Below are positions 17,202-27,668 of a stretch of 64,000 nucleotides of DNA, piece after piece. The first letter of the stretch is position 1, and every line of letters starts with the position of its first letter. Below the pieces are notes generated by a model that worked only from the letters and a program-made list of their open reading frames with translations, made no database searches and had not been told where the DNA came from. The stretch covers positions 30,122 to 94,121 of the forward strand of contig MFLU01000010.1 of NCBI GenBank assembly GCA_001783335.1. The letters are read 5' to 3'. The stretch comes from Candidatus Kaiserbacteria bacterium RIFCSPLOWO2_01_FULL_50_24. Its GTDB lineage: Bacteria > Patescibacteriota > Minisyncoccia > Phycocordibacterales > UBA2100. The translations under genes were made by a program, and so were the position numbers.

Positions 17202-18170
17202 ATGTCTGACTACCACATCGCCCTACCTAGCAAACCGCGCATTGTCTCTGAGTCAGAGACCAGCGGTTCATACGAAATAGACGGCTTGTATCCAGGATAC
17301 GGCTACACACTCGGCAATTCTTTGCGGAGGATTATTTTGTCTTCCTTACCCGGCGCCGCGATTACCCATGTAAAAATCCCTGGGATTTCGCATGAATTTT
17401 CCACCATAGAAGGAGTGCGCGAAGATGTGGTGACTTTACTTCTCAACGTACGAAAAATTCGTTTGCGTCTTGTTTCCGATGAACCGCAAACACTCACACT
17501 ATCAGTAAAGGGTCCCAAAGAGGCCACTGCGGCAGATATTACCACTCCGGGGCAAGTGGAGGTTCTGAATCCGGAACAGCACGTAGCAACCATAAGTAGC
17601 AAGACAACGCTAGAGATGGAGCTGCATGCAGAGCGCGGCTTGGGATATGTGCCTAAAGAGGTGCACCAAAAAGAGCGCGTGGATATCGGAACTATCGCGC
17701 TTGATGCAGTGTTCTCTCCTATTCGCCGCGTAAACTACGAGGTGGAGAACATGCGCGTTGGTGATAGAACGGACTTCAACAGATTGCGCATCTTTATAGA
17801 AACGGATGGAACCATTACGGCGCACGAAGCGCTCACGCGCTCTATTGAGACCATGATTCACCAATTGAAGGCGGTCGTTGGATTTAAGGAAGAAGAGGAG
17901 GTGCCGCAAGAAGTGGTTGCGGCCGGCGAGTTGCCCGCCGTGCGAGAAGATAGACTCTCTGCTGACGCCGAGCTCTTAAAAACGCGCATATCGGAGCTGA
18001 AGCTTTCGGCACGTGTTGAGGATGCGCTTAATGAAGCATCTATTCGCACAGTGGGCGGATTGGTACGGAAGCGTGAAGATGACCTTCTGGCGATAGAGGG
18101 ACTGGGGCAAAAGGGGTTGCAGGATATTAAGAGAGCACTTTCAAATTTAGGGCTCACTTTGAGGCAATAG
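17202..18170 (+). CDS. rpoA: DNA-directed RNA polymerase subunit alpha
   Basis: It has the LYPGYGYTLGNSLRRIILSSLPGAA motif and an alpha-CTD helix-hairpin-helix at the C-terminus. Confidence 0.95.
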   Translation: MSDYHIALPSKPRIVSESETSGSYEIDGLYPGYGYTLGNSLRRIILSSLPGAAITHVKIPGISHEFSTIEGVREDVVTLLLNVRKIRLRLVSDEPQTLTLSVKGPKEATAADITTPGQVEVLNPEQHVATISSKTTLEMELHAERGLGYVPKEVHQKERVDIGTIALDAVFSPIRRVNYEVENMRVGDRTDFNRLRIFIETDGTITAHEALTRSIETMIHQLKAVVGFKEEEEVPQEVVAAGELPAVREDRLSADAELLKTRISELKLSARVEDALNEASIRTVGGLVRKREDDLLAIEGLGQKGLQDIKRALSNLGLTLRQ

Positions 18171-18266
18171 AAATTAAAAATGTAAAACCGAATACACGCT
18201 TCTCGGCAGTTTTTAACTTTTCATTGCAACTTTTAGATTTTCATTTTAAATTTTTAACTTACTACC
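18171..18266. repeat. Family-B repeat, truncated copy
   Basis: It shares cacgcttctcggcagtttttaacttttcattg...tttagattttcattttaaattt. Confidence 0.75.
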
Positions 18267-18620
18267 GTGCGTCATCACAATAAAAACAGAATACTGGGTC
18301 GCACAAAAAGGCAACGTACAGCGCTTTTACGCGGCTTGGCGCGTTCACTTGTGCTTCACGGCGCCATTGTGACTACCGAGGCGAAAGCAAAAGAGCTTCG
18401 TCCGTTCATAGAGCGTGTTGTCACAGATGGTAAGAAGAAGACGCTTGCCTCACGTCGTTCCGTGACGACCAAGCTGGCTAGCTCACGTGAAGCGACTCAA
18501 AAACTTTACGAAACGTACGCGACACGTTTCATAAACCGCGCAGGCGGATATACGCGCATTGTAAAACTCGGGACACAAGGTAAGCGTGTGGGCGAAATGG
18601 CGAGGATAGAGTTTGTATAA
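18267..18620 (+). CDS. rplQ: 50S ribosomal protein L17
   Basis: The translation matches L17. Confidence 0.95.
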   Translation: MRHHNKNRILGRTKRQRTALLRGLARSLVLHGAIVTTEAKAKELRPFIERVVTDGKKKTLASRRSVTTKLASSREATQKLYETYATRFINRAGGYTRIVKLGTQGKRVGEMARIEFV

Positions 18621-18748
18621 ATTAAAAACTAAAAGTGAAAAATGAAAAACGACAATTTAAAATGTAAAACGGCACACACGCTTCTCGGCAGTTTTTAACT
18701 TTTCATTGTCGTTTTTAGATTTTCATTTTAAATTTTAAACTTGTTGTT
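18621..18748. repeat. Family-B repeat, full copy
   Basis: It is nearly identical to 16251-16378. Confidence 0.8.
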
Positions 18749-19093
18749 ATGTTTGAATACAAAATAAATGCAACAGGGAAATCTCTCGGGCGTGTTGCGT
18801 CCGAGGCCGCTAAAGCGCTCATTGGGAAAACAAGCGCCGAATATACGCCGCGCATTCCTTCTCGCGTGCGTGTTACCATAGAGCACGCCGCTAAAATCTT
18901 TATGACGGAACGGAGAAAGCGGGACATTAACACGCGTTACTCCGGTTATCCGAGTGGCTTAAAACGAGAAACTCTCGGCGCGCTTGTTGGGCGCCGCGGC
19001 ATAGAAGAAGCGCTCCGCATAGCGGTGAAGGGTATGCTCCCGCGCAACCGTCTTTTAGTGGGGAGAATGAAAAAACTTATCGTCAGTGAGTAA
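18749..19093 (+). CDS. rplM: 50S ribosomal protein L13
   Basis: The translation matches L13. Confidence 0.95.
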   Translation: MFEYKINATGKSLGRVASEAAKALIGKTSAEYTPRIPSRVRVTIEHAAKIFMTERRKRDINTRYSGYPSGLKRETLGALVGRRGIEEALRIAVKGMLPRNRLLVGRMKKLIVSE

Positions 19094-19111
19094 TCTGACA
19101 CACACACTAGT

Positions 19112-19507
19112 ATGGTGAAAGAACACACATATACGGAGGGGATTGGACGGCGGAAGACCGCGAGTGCGCGTGTGCGTATTGAAAAAGCAAAAAACGCGTC
19201 GCTAATCGTCAACAACAAGAAAGCGGATGAATACTTTCCGCTTGCCGCTATGGTAAAGACTGCCTATGCGCCCTTGAGTTCTCTCAATGCCCACTATGCA
19301 GTATCCGCGCATGTTTCCGGTGGGGGTCATAAAGCACAGGCAGAAGCCGTGCGTATGGGAATTGCGCGCGCAATCGTGAAGGTGGATGGCGAACAAAGAA
19401 AGCAGCTAAAGGTGTTGGGATTTTTGAAACGCGACCCGCGCGCCAAGGAACGCAAGAAATTCGGCCTAAAGGCGGCGCGCCGAGCTCCCCAGTGGTCTAA
19501 GCGGTAG
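19112..19507 (+). CDS. rpsI: 30S ribosomal protein S9
   Basis: The translation matches S9 and ends ...RRAPQWSKR. Confidence 0.95.
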   Translation: MVKEHTYTEGIGRRKTASARVRIEKAKNASLIVNNKKADEYFPLAAMVKTAYAPLSSLNAHYAVSAHVSGGGHKAQAEAVRMGIARAIVKVDGEQRKQLKVLGFLKRDPRAKERKKFGLKAARRAPQWSKR

Positions 19508-19575
19508 ATATGAAAATTTAGCTTCCTATTTTCGGACTATGGGTCCTACAGCGACCTAGTTCCTAGGCCGCATTT

Positions 19576-19603
19576 TTGCATCCGGCAATATCTCTGGTAT
19601 AAT
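19576..19603 (+). promoter_or_regulatory. Sigma70-like promoter for grpE (TTGCAT - 16 nt - TATAAT), predicting a near-leaderless grpE transcript
   Basis: The -35 box is at 19576-19581 and the -10 box at 19598-19603. The grpE ATG is at 19612. Confidence 0.5.
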
Positions 19604-19611
19604 GTTCTTTA

Positions 19612-20193
19612 ATGACGGAACGGCAAGATGAAGGCGAGCTGTTCTCTAGCGAGGACGGGATAACTGTTGAACCGAGCGAAGAGCTGGGAGAACTTGGCGT
19701 GCTGAAGCAAAAAATACAAAAGCTCAAGGTGGAGCTTGAAGAATGCAAGAAAGAACGCACGGAATATTTGGATGGCTGGCAGAGATGCAAGGCGGATGCT
19801 ATAAACGCGAGAAAAGACAGTGAGTCAAAAGTGGCGCGAAGCGCTGAAATTTTGCGCGAAGCGCTCGTTCACGATATTATTCCCGCACTGGATAGTTTTG
19901 ATATGGCGGCGGGGAGCGAGGTATGGACAGAAGTGAACGATGGCTGGAAAACGGGTATGGAGGCTGTGCGTGACCAGCTTATTGACGCTCTGCGGCGACA
20001 CGGTATTGAGCGATTTGGCAAGGTTGGCGACGTGTTTAATCCTGCGCTTCACGATGTTGCGGAGGAAAAAGACGATGTCGTCGGTGAGGCGGGCAGTATT
20101 GCTATCGTTTTGCGATTCGGGTACAGAGCTGGTGATAGAGTGTTGCGTCCGGCGCAGGTGGTAGTAAAATCTTTAGAAAAGCAAGGAGCGTAG
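19612..20193 (+). CDS. grpE: Nucleotide exchange factor GrpE
   Basis: It has a coiled-coil N-terminus, and the RCKADAINARKD motif resembles the GrpE signature. Confidence 0.85.
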   Translation: MTERQDEGELFSSEDGITVEPSEELGELGVLKQKIQKLKVELEECKKERTEYLDGWQRCKADAINARKDSESKVARSAEILREALVHDIIPALDSFDMAAGSEVWTEVNDGWKTGMEAVRDQLIDALRRHGIERFGKVGDVFNPALHDVAEEKDDVVGEAGSIAIVLRFGYRAGDRVLRPAQVVVKSLEKQGA

Positions 20194-20308
20194 CGACTAT
20201 GTTTTACCTAACCCCAGTGAAATGCGCCTTCGGCGCTCGCCGCTTCGCGGCGATTTCACGGGGTGTAAGAGCTTCTAAATTCATTATCATTCATTAAGAA
20301 TCTCTAAC

Positions 20309-22210
20309 ATGTCCAAAATATTAGGTATAGACCTCGGTACCACAAACTCCGCGATTGCGGTGGTAAGGTCAGGCGAGCCTGAAATTATTGAGAACGCTGA
20401 AGGGGCTCGTACGACGCCATCTGTCGTTGCGATCTCAAAAACCGGAGAGCGTTTGGTCGGACTTCTTGCGAAGCGTCAGGCAGTAACGAATCCGAAAAAT
20501 ACTGTTTATCAAATGAAGCGCTTCATCGGGCACATTTTTGACGAACCGGCGGTAGCAAAGGATAGAGAGGCGGTACCGTTTGAAACGCGCAAGTCCGCCA
20601 ACGGCGGCATTGAGATACAAATGGGCGACTCTTCGACAGGCTCAGGGCAAGCTAAGTGGTACCGTCCCGAAGAAATATCCGCAATGGTTCTGCAGAAATT
20701 GAAACACGATGCGGAGGCGCGGCTTGGAGAAACGATTACAGAGGCGATTATTACCGTACCGGCGTACTTTAACGATTCTCAACGACAAGCAACGAAAGAC
20801 GCGGGGCGTATTGCCGGTCTTGACGTGAAGCGAATAATCAATGAGCCGACCGCCGCGGCGCTCGCGTATGGTTTCAACAAAAAGAAAAACGAAAAAATAG
20901 TTGTATTTGACTTTGGTGGCGGCACGTTTGACATATCCGTTTTGGAAGTCGGGGATGATGTGATAGAGGTTCGCTCTACTGATGGCGATGCACATCTTGG
21001 CGGCAAAGACGTGGACCAGAAAATAATGCACTGGCTTGCGGATGAATTTAAAAGAGAGTCTGGAGTGGATGTGCGCAAAGACCCGCTAGCGCGCCAGCGT
21101 TTGGATGAGGCGGCGGAAAAGGCCAAAATTGAACTCTCTACGGCGCTTGAAACGGAAGTAAATATTCCGTTTATTACCTCTACTGATGCCGGCCCCCAAC
21201 ACCTTCTTATCAAATGTACGCGAGCGAAACTGGAGGAACTCACGGAAGAGTTTATTGAACGAGCCGTTCTTATAACGAAACGCGCGATGGACGCATCGCC
21301 ATTCAAGGTTGGCGATATACACGAGGTGATACTTGTGGGTGGGCAAACACGCATGCCGGCTATCCAAAAGGCGGTTGAGGGGATTTTCGGAAAAAAACCG
21401 CACATGGGTGTGAATCCGGATGAGGTGGTGGCAATTGGCGCCGCGATACAGGGCGGCATCATGCAGGGGGATGTAAAAGACGTTTTACTTTTGGATGTCA
21501 TTCCGCTCTCACTCGGCATTGAAACGCTTGGCGGCGTGGCGACAAAACTCATTGAGCGCAACACGACTATCCCCACGTCGCGTTCGCAGGTGTTTTCAAC
21601 CGCCTCAGATAACCAGCCGTCGGTGGAAATTCACGTGGTGCAGGGCGAGCGGCCCATGGTCACAGATAATAAATCACTCGGGAGGTTTAATTTAGACGGC
21701 ATTCCGCCGGCGCCTCGCGGAACACCGCAAGTTGAAGTGTCCTTTGATATTGATGCGAACGGTATATTGAGCGTAAAAGCACGCGACAAAACAAGCGGCA
21801 AGGAGCAGTCCATCCGCATTGAAGCATCCTCGGGACTTTCCGAAGCGGATATTAAAAAAATGAGGCAGGATGCCGACGCGCATGCCGACGAGGATAAAAA
21901 GAAACGCGAACTTATTGAAGAGCAAAACGCCGCTGACCAGATTGTATATGCCGCCGAAAAAGCGCTCAAAGAACACGGCGACAAGGTGGGCGATGACATT
22001 AAGAAAAACGTGCAGGAAAAAATAGACGCCGCTAAAGCGGCACGCGGCGGCACAGATACGGCCAGCATAAAATCCGCTGCCGAGGCGCTCTCGCAGGCGA
22101 TGAGCGCAATCGGCCAAGCGATGAGTCAACAGCAAAATCAACCGCCGAAAGAAGGAGGTGAACAATCGTCTTCGAACGGGGATCAGCCGCCGTCCGCAGA
22201 ATCTAAATAA
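20309..22210 (+). CDS. dnaK: Chaperone DnaK (Hsp70)
   Basis: It carries [16 protein letters not shown] and the other Hsp70 signatures. Confidence 0.97.
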   Translation: MSKILGIDLGTTNSAIAVVRSGEPEIIENAEGARTTPSVVAISKTGERLVGLLAKRQAVTNPKNTVYQMKRFIGHIFDEPAVAKDREAVPFETRKSANGGIEIQMGDSSTGSGQAKWYRPEEISAMVLQKLKHDAEARLGETITEAIITVPAYFNDSQRQATKDAGRIAGLDVKRIINEPTAAALAYGFNKKKNEKIVVFDFGGGTFDISVLEVGDDVIEVRSTDGDAHLGGKDVDQKIMHWLADEFKRESGVDVRKDPLARQRLDEAAEKAKIELSTALETEVNIPFITSTDAGPQHLLIKCTRAKLEELTEEFIERAVLITKRAMDASPFKVGDIHEVILVGGQTRMPAIQKAVEGIFGKKPHMGVNPDEVVAIGAAIQGGIMQGDVKDVLLLDVIPLSLGIETLGGVATKLIERNTTIPTSRSQVFSTASDNQPSVEIHVVQGERPMVTDNKSLGRFNLDGIPPAPRGTPQVEVSFDIDANGILSVKARDKTSGKEQSIRIEASSGLSEADIKKMRQDADAHADEDKKKRELIEEQNAADQIVYAAEKALKEHGDKVGDDIKKNVQEKIDAAKAARGGTDTASIKSAAEALSQAMSAIGQAMSQQQNQPPKEGGEQSSSNGDQPPSAESK

Positions 22211-22218
22211 CATCGCGC

Positions 22219-23292
22219 ATGAAGAAGGACTATTACGACATACTCGGCGTCCATAAAGGAGCGAGCGAGGAGGAAATAAAAAGTGCATTTCGCAAGCTCG
22301 CGCATCAGCATCATCCTGATAAAAAGGGGGGCGACGAGAGTCGTTTCAAGGAAGCATCCGAAGCGTATGCGGTTTTGGGTGACAAAAAACGCCGTGCGGA
22401 ATACGATACGTATGGCCGAACATTCGCGGGCGGCGCTGGCGCGGGCGCAAGCGGATTTTCCGGATTTGATTTTTCGCAGTTTACACAAGATTTTGGCGGA
22501 GGTGGAGGCGTGGAGTTTGACTTCGGCGATGTGTTCTCGGAATTTTTCGGCGGTTCACACCGAGCAGAGTCGAGGGGCCGAGACATCTCCATAGACATTG
22601 AACTTTCATTCCGCGAGAGCGTTTTCGGTACCGAACGTCGCGTTCTAATAGCAAAAGTGGGAGTGTGTGACGTATGCAAGGGAAGTGGCGCTGCTGCCGA
22701 CTCTAAAAAGCACACTTGCAAGGCCTGTAACGGTAAGGGTGAAGTGCGCGAAACACGCTCTACCTTCTTCGGACAATTCACGTCGCGCAGAGTTTGTGCC
22801 GAATGTCGTGGAAAAGGCGAGATGCCGGATGCGCTGTGTGCGGTATGCCGCGGTGCGGGAGTCTTGAAACGCGAAGAAGAAATCCGTATAACCGTACCCC
22901 ACGGTGTTTCAGACGGCGAAATGATACGCATGCCGAAGATGGGCGAAGCGATAAGCGGGGGAGAAACGGGTGATTTGTATGTAAAACTGCACGTGACGCC
23001 AGATCGGGCGTTCTCGCGCGAGGGCAATAATATCCTCATGTCGCTTTCCATTAAACTCACCGATGCGCTCCTTGGCACGGAGTATAAAATTCAAACGCTT
23101 GACGGCGAAGAAAAAGTGCATATTCCGAAAGGGGTGGCTCACGGGGAACTTATTCGCATCAAAGAGCTTGGCGTACCTTATGGACGAGGAAGTCGCGGCG
23201 ATTTATTGGTGCGTATTTCAATAGGACTCCCTAAAAAACTGTCGCGTGAGGCACAAGAGTTGATTGAACAACTTAAAAGAGAAGGATTATAA
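22219..23292 (+). CDS. dnaJ: Chaperone DnaJ
   Basis: It has a J-domain with HPD, a G/F region and four CxxCxGxG zinc-finger repeats. Confidence 0.95.
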   Translation: MKKDYYDILGVHKGASEEEIKSAFRKLAHQHHPDKKGGDESRFKEASEAYAVLGDKKRRAEYDTYGRTFAGGAGAGASGFSGFDFSQFTQDFGGGGGVEFDFGDVFSEFFGGSHRAESRGRDISIDIELSFRESVFGTERRVLIAKVGVCDVCKGSGAAADSKKHTCKACNGKGEVRETRSTFFGQFTSRRVCAECRGKGEMPDALCAVCRGAGVLKREEEIRITVPHGVSDGEMIRMPKMGEAISGGETGDLYVKLHVTPDRAFSREGNNILMSLSIKLTDALLGTEYKIQTLDGEEKVHIPKGVAHGELIRIKELGVPYGRGSRGDLLVRISIGLPKKLSREAQELIEQLKREGL

Positions 23293-23304
23293 TACCACTG
23301 ACGT

Positions 23305-23455
23305 AATAAATAACAAATTACAAACCTCAAATTCCAAACAAATTCAAATAACCGAAATCACAAATTCAAAACTGGTACGTCGTGTTTTGTATTTAGTAAT
23401 TAGAATTTAGATATTTTGATATTTTTTGTGATTCGGTACTTGGAATTTGGTGCTT
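23305..23455. repeat. Family-C intergenic repeat (inverted relative to the copy at 30271)
   Basis: It contains ggtacgtcgtgttttgtatttagtaattagaattt, the reverse complement of the segment at 30310-30345. Confidence 0.75.
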
Positions 23456-23530
23456 TTTAGAAATTTGTAACCACTTGTAGTATTCGTATCATTTGCAGAT
23501 CGGCCATAATTTTCGTAGTAGTATATTGCC

Positions 23531-24013
23531 ATGGACTCCCTACCCATCAGCGAATGGCTTCCTTTTGTCACCATGGATTGGTTAATCCTCGGCGGCCTTG
23601 TGGCACTCGTTGGCATTGATTCACTTCGGAGCGGCTCGCGCCGCGCTGCGGCGCTTGCTCTCGCATTTCCAATCGCCGCGCTGCTTCACATCTCCATCGG
23701 AAGTGCGCGGGGTGTCGGAGAGCTTGTGGTGTCTCTTGGCGCAACGGGACAGACGATTGCCTTTCTAGTACTCGCTCTTGTGCTATTCTTTTCTTTCACA
23801 CGATTTACCGACTCTTACGATGGAGGAGGCTTTCTTCACGCGGCTCTCGTAGGGGTAGCAACTACAGTCGTTGTCATAGTCTCGTGGCTTAGCGTCCCGC
23901 CACTTTTAGAATTCTGGCAGCCGAATGCCGTAATTATAGCTCTATTTGGCGAAACATACCGCTTCTGGTGGCTTTTTGCCGGACTCGTCACCCTGTCTTT
24001 TGTACGTAAGTAG
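23531..24013 (+). CDS. CvpA-family (colicin V production-like) membrane protein
   Basis: It has four TM helices, and the N-terminal pattern DWLILGGLVALVGIDSLRSG is typical of CvpA. Confidence 0.45.
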   Translation: MDSLPISEWLPFVTMDWLILGGLVALVGIDSLRSGSRRAAALALAFPIAALLHISIGSARGVGELVVSLGATGQTIAFLVLALVLFFSFTRFTDSYDGGGFLHAALVGVATTVVVIVSWLSVPPLLEFWQPNAVIIALFGETYRFWWLFAGLVTLSFVRK

Positions 24014-24044
24014 CCAATTGCTCCAGAGCTGATCCTATACAAAC

Positions 24045-24073
24045 TTGTATTTTCAGTTAAGTAGTGTTATAAT
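24045..24073 (+). promoter_or_regulatory. Sigma70-like promoter (TTGTAT - 17 nt - TATAAT) directly upstream of the PaaK-like gene
   Basis: The -10 box ends 2 nt before the ATG at 24076, so the real start may be the in-frame ATG at 24082 and the mRNA may be leaderless. Confidence 0.45.
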
Positions 24074-24075
24074 AT

Positions 24076-25554
24076 ATGCACATGGTACTAAAAGAATTGC
24101 GTACGCACACATCTGATATGTGGTCTAAGATTCAAACTAAGTACATGTGCACTTTGTTCACACGAGCTGCGAAACGTGTTCCCGCATACGCGCGTTTTCT
24201 AAGAAACAGTAAAGCGCATCAACGAACTCCAACGGCACAAACATTTCTTGCAATCCCGCCAATCACAAAAGACAATTATCTTCGAAAATCTTTATTCCCC
24301 GATTTATTTTGGGATGGGGTAATCAGTTCGCCCCACATGCTTACAGCGACTTCTGGCTCGACGGGGAAACCTGTGTACTTCGCACGCTCTCACTCGGTAA
24401 ACGATCAGTCATCCGCCATCCATGAACTGTTCTTTACTTCGTGCTCGCTTTCCTCAAAGAAATCAACACTCGTTATTGTGTGTTTTGGGATGGGTGTATG
24501 GATAGGTGGTTTCATTACGAGCGAGGCGTTTGAACTTATGGGCCGGCGCGGCTATCCGGTTGCCGTAATAACTCCGGGACTTAACAAGCAAGAAATTTTT
24601 AAGGCGCTAAAGCAGTTGGCGCCGCAGTACGAACAGCTTATTATTGCCGGCTATCCGCCATTTGTTAAAGACGTGCTCGATGAGGCCGAAGAAAATGGTA
24701 TCTCTATACGAAAACACAAAACAGCACTCGTGTTTGCAGCCGAAGCATTCACGGAATCATTTCGTGAATACGTTGCAAAAAAAGCGAATGTGCGAAATGT
24801 TTTGACAGACACAATGAACATTTACGGGAGTGCAGATTTGGGGACCATGGCGTTTGAGACGCCCGTGTCCATACTTATCCGACGACTTGCATGTAAACAT
24901 CCCGATCTTTTCCGAGCCCTATTTGGTGGAACAGATAAAACACCGACGCTTGCGCAGTACATCCCACACTTCACATCCTTTGAGGCATTGAAAGGCGAGT
25001 TATTGGTAACCGGAGACAGCGCGACGCCACTCATACGATATGCGATAGGAGATCGCGGCGGCGTGTACACCTATGATGAAATTTCAAGCATATGCAAAAT
25101 GCACGGCGTACATCTTACAAAAGAACTTGCCCGCGCGGGTATCGCGACAAAAACCGCTAAGCTACCGTTTGTGTTTGTCTACGAACGTCTTGACCTCTCC
25201 ACAACACTATACGGCTTGCAGATATATCCGGAGATTATTCGCGAGACATTGCTCCAGAGTGGATTTGTACAACGTCTAACGGGACGCTTAACGCTTGTAA
25301 CAAAATTTGATGATCGTCAAAATCAATATCTGGAAATAAACGTTGAACAACGGCGTGGGGCAGAAGTTGAAAAAGCGCTTGCCGCAAAGTTAAAAGCGGA
25401 GATCGTAAAAAACTTAAAACTAAAAAGTGCAGAATTTTACGAGCTCTCCTTGCATCTCGGCGAACGTACAGAGCCGCGACTCATATTCTGGCCGCATGAA
25501 GACCCTACATACTTTCGGCCGGATACGAAACAGAAATGGGTCGTGAAGTCTTAA
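24076..25554 (+). CDS. PaaK/F390-synthetase-family adenylate-forming enzyme (phenylacetate-CoA ligase-like)
   Basis: It has the AMP-binding motif TSGSTGKP and PaaK-like length and layout. Confidence 0.7.
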   Translation: MHMVLKELRTHTSDMWSKIQTKYMCTLFTRAAKRVPAYARFLRNSKAHQRTPTAQTFLAIPPITKDNYLRKSLFPDLFWDGVISSPHMLTATSGSTGKPVYFARSHSVNDQSSAIHELFFTSCSLSSKKSTLVIVCFGMGVWIGGFITSEAFELMGRRGYPVAVITPGLNKQEIFKALKQLAPQYEQLIIAGYPPFVKDVLDEAEENGISIRKHKTALVFAAEAFTESFREYVAKKANVRNVLTDTMNIYGSADLGTMAFETPVSILIRRLACKHPDLFRALFGGTDKTPTLAQYIPHFTSFEALKGELLVTGDSATPLIRYAIGDRGGVYTYDEISSICKMHGVHLTKELARAGIATKTAKLPFVFVYERLDLSTTLYGLQIYPEIIRETLLQSGFVQRLTGRLTLVTKFDDRQNQYLEINVEQRRGAEVEKALAAKLKAEIVKNLKLKSAEFYELSLHLGERTEPRLIFWPHEDPTYFRPDTKQKWVVKS

Positions 25555-25564
25555 AATCCACGCT

Positions 25565-26599
25565 ATGCCAGAAAAATTCAGTGCAGAGACGTATAAAAAA
25601 GATTTTGAGAGTAAAGATTCGTGTAACGCTCGCATTAAGCATATTTTGTCGTATGCTATCCGTGCGCCGTCTACGCACAACAGTCAGCCGTGGAAGTTTA
25701 TCCTCACGGGAAATCGACTATCTATTATCAACGACGAGTCGATACGGTTGCCGAAAAGTGACGCACTCGGACGCTATCGGCACATTAGCTTTGGATATCT
25801 TATTCATCATATCGTGTTGCTTGCGGCGTACAGTGGCACGCAAACGATGACGCGACTTGGGCGAGCGCCGGTTATTGCAGAAATAGAGTTCCACACACAG
25901 CATGGAGTTTTTGACGTTACCATCGCTCCGTTAATAAACGCCTTGTGCTCCAGGCGGAATCGCCGCGGTATATTTGAGCGCGACAGTGCGATACCACACA
26001 ATACGCTTGAGGCGGCGTCTGCACGTTCTCCACTTTTTCCCGCCGCACTAGCAAAGCCGGAATGCGCCATCGCGAGTGGGAGAACAGTTGCATGTATTGC
26101 ATCATGCACGGCCGAGGGCATGCGGCGAGCGTATCGCTCAAATGCGTTCCGTCGAGAAATGGCCTCATGGATTACACCAACAGGCTCATGGAGAAAAACA
26201 GGTATTCCCGGCTATTCGCTGAACCAGCCCGCGATACTTTCGTGGCTTTTGCCGAACATTATTCGTTTTATAGACATTGGAAGATTTCTCTCAAAGTTAA
26301 ACGTCACGTCTATTTCTTCCGCACCATGTGTATTTGGATTCGCCGGAGACGACACGGTTTCTTCATGGATTGGAGTTGGTTTTCAGGCATCACATACGGC
26401 ACTTACGCTCACTGCCGCAAGATTTGACGTTTCTGTATATGTAGCGGCCATGGAGTATGACGATACGCGCCGAGAGGCGGGACGCGCATTCGGATTTTCC
26501 CATCCGCTCCAATTTTTATTTGCAACCGGCGCACTTAAGGGCAATGTGTCGTGGTGCACTCCTCGTGTCCCCGTATCGCAAAAACTCACCGAGCGTTAA
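25565..26599 (+). CDS. Tandem nitroreductase-fold protein (Acg-family-like)
   Basis: The N-terminal motif AIRAPSTHNSQPWKF is the nitroreductase signature. At 344 aa it is about twice the single-domain size, as in Acg-type proteins. Confidence 0.6.
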   Translation: MPEKFSAETYKKDFESKDSCNARIKHILSYAIRAPSTHNSQPWKFILTGNRLSIINDESIRLPKSDALGRYRHISFGYLIHHIVLLAAYSGTQTMTRLGRAPVIAEIEFHTQHGVFDVTIAPLINALCSRRNRRGIFERDSAIPHNTLEAASARSPLFPAALAKPECAIASGRTVACIASCTAEGMRRAYRSNAFRREMASWITPTGSWRKTGIPGYSLNQPAILSWLLPNIIRFIDIGRFLSKLNVTSISSAPCVFGFAGDDTVSSWIGVGFQASHTALTLTAARFDVSVYVAAMEYDDTRREAGRAFGFSHPLQFLFATGALKGNVSWCTPRVPVSQKLTER

Positions 26600-26624
26600 T
26601 ACGGTCGTACGGTACAATAGTGAA

Positions 26625-27668
26625 ATGGGAAAGGCATCGCTTATTACCATACGTTCGTTTGGCGGTGAGCCCGAACGAGATGCATACGTACGTTCTCTGA
26701 AAGAGCGCCAGATTTCGTACCATGATCTCTACGATATGCAGTGTGCGGAACTTGCGGAAATTCGCGACCCCCGCTCATTCGGAAAAAAGCCGCTTCCCCT
26801 TACGTCTCTGCCCGACGATAGGATAGTTGAGTATCCGTGGCGTAACACGGCAATTCGCACAGTTGAACTACACGCTTTTTCAGAATTGCGCACCGCAAGA
26901 AACCACAACCTTATTACTCCAGAGGAGCAGTCTATTTTTGCGACTTCGCATATTGCATTTGCAGGTCTAAACGTTGGCAATCCGGGAGCCGTGTGCGTGG
27001 CGCTTGAAGGTGGCGCGCGCTCCATGTCGCTTGCGGACCCGGACATTCTTTTAACGGCGAATCTCAACAGATTTCGTGCGGGATTGCCGGATGTCGGTCT
27101 GAACAAGGCGGAACTCACGACACGACAAATACTTGAAATAGACCCCTACTACACCCTCTCCGTCTCAGCCGAAGGATTGACGTCCGGTTCGCTCATGCAA
27201 TTTCTCTCTGAACCGAAAGCGCGAGTGCTTGTAGAAGAAATGGACGCTCTGCCGCTGAAACTTTTTATCCGGGACGAGGCGCGAAAGCTTGGGGTACCGG
27301 TTGTTATGGTGACGGGTATCGGAGATGGCGTGCTTCTTGATGTTGAGAGGTATGACCTTGACCGTAATACGCCGCTTCTCAACGGCTTACTTGACCGAGC
27401 GGTTGAGGACGCTATTCGTTCCGCCGAGTCAATGTCGCCGGAAAAAAAGATAAAACTTGCCCATGATTTCATCGGAACTTCATATCTCGAACCGCGCCTG
27501 AATGATTCGTTTGCAGAGATAGGAAACACTCTCGTGGGCATTCCGCAAATAGCCGAGTCGTCGTTTATGCGTGGCGCCGCCATCGCGCGAGCGGTGCGGA
27601 CCATTGTGTGCGGTGGGAACATGCCCTCCGGACGTTACTCGTTTTCTCTATCTCCATGCCTGAAGTAG
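26625..27668 (+). CDS. ThiF/MoeB/E1-like adenylyltransferase-family protein
   Basis: The Rossmann and E1 signature HIAFAGLNVGNPGAVCVALEGG...ANLNRF matches VxGxGxxG...SNLNRQ. Confidence 0.6.
   Translation: MGKASLITIRSFGGEPERDAYVRSLKERQISYHDLYDMQCAELAEIRDPRSFGKKPLPLTSLPDDRIVEYPWRNTAIRTVELHAFSELRTARNHNLITPEEQSIFATSHIAFAGLNVGNPGAVCVALEGGARSMSLADPDILLTANLNRFRAGLPDVGLNKAELTTRQILEIDPYYTLSVSAEGLTSGSLMQFLSEPKARVLVEEMDALPLKLFIRDEARKLGVPVVMVTGIGDGVLLDVERYDLDRNTPLLNGLLDRAVEDAIRSAESMSPEKKIKLAHDFIGTSYLEPRLNDSFAEIGNTLVGIPQIAESSFMRGAAIARAVRTIVCGGNMPSGRYSFSLSPCLK

Noticed and set aside
15132-18748. A possible CRISPR array, suggested by the many short AT-rich repeats recurring in this span and elsewhere
   Set aside because: The repeats are long imperfect foldbacks of several unrelated families. 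They are separated by protein-coding genes rather than short uniform spacers. No cas1/cas2 or effector genes are present. The only Cas-like gene is a standalone Cas4-type nuclease 10 kb away.
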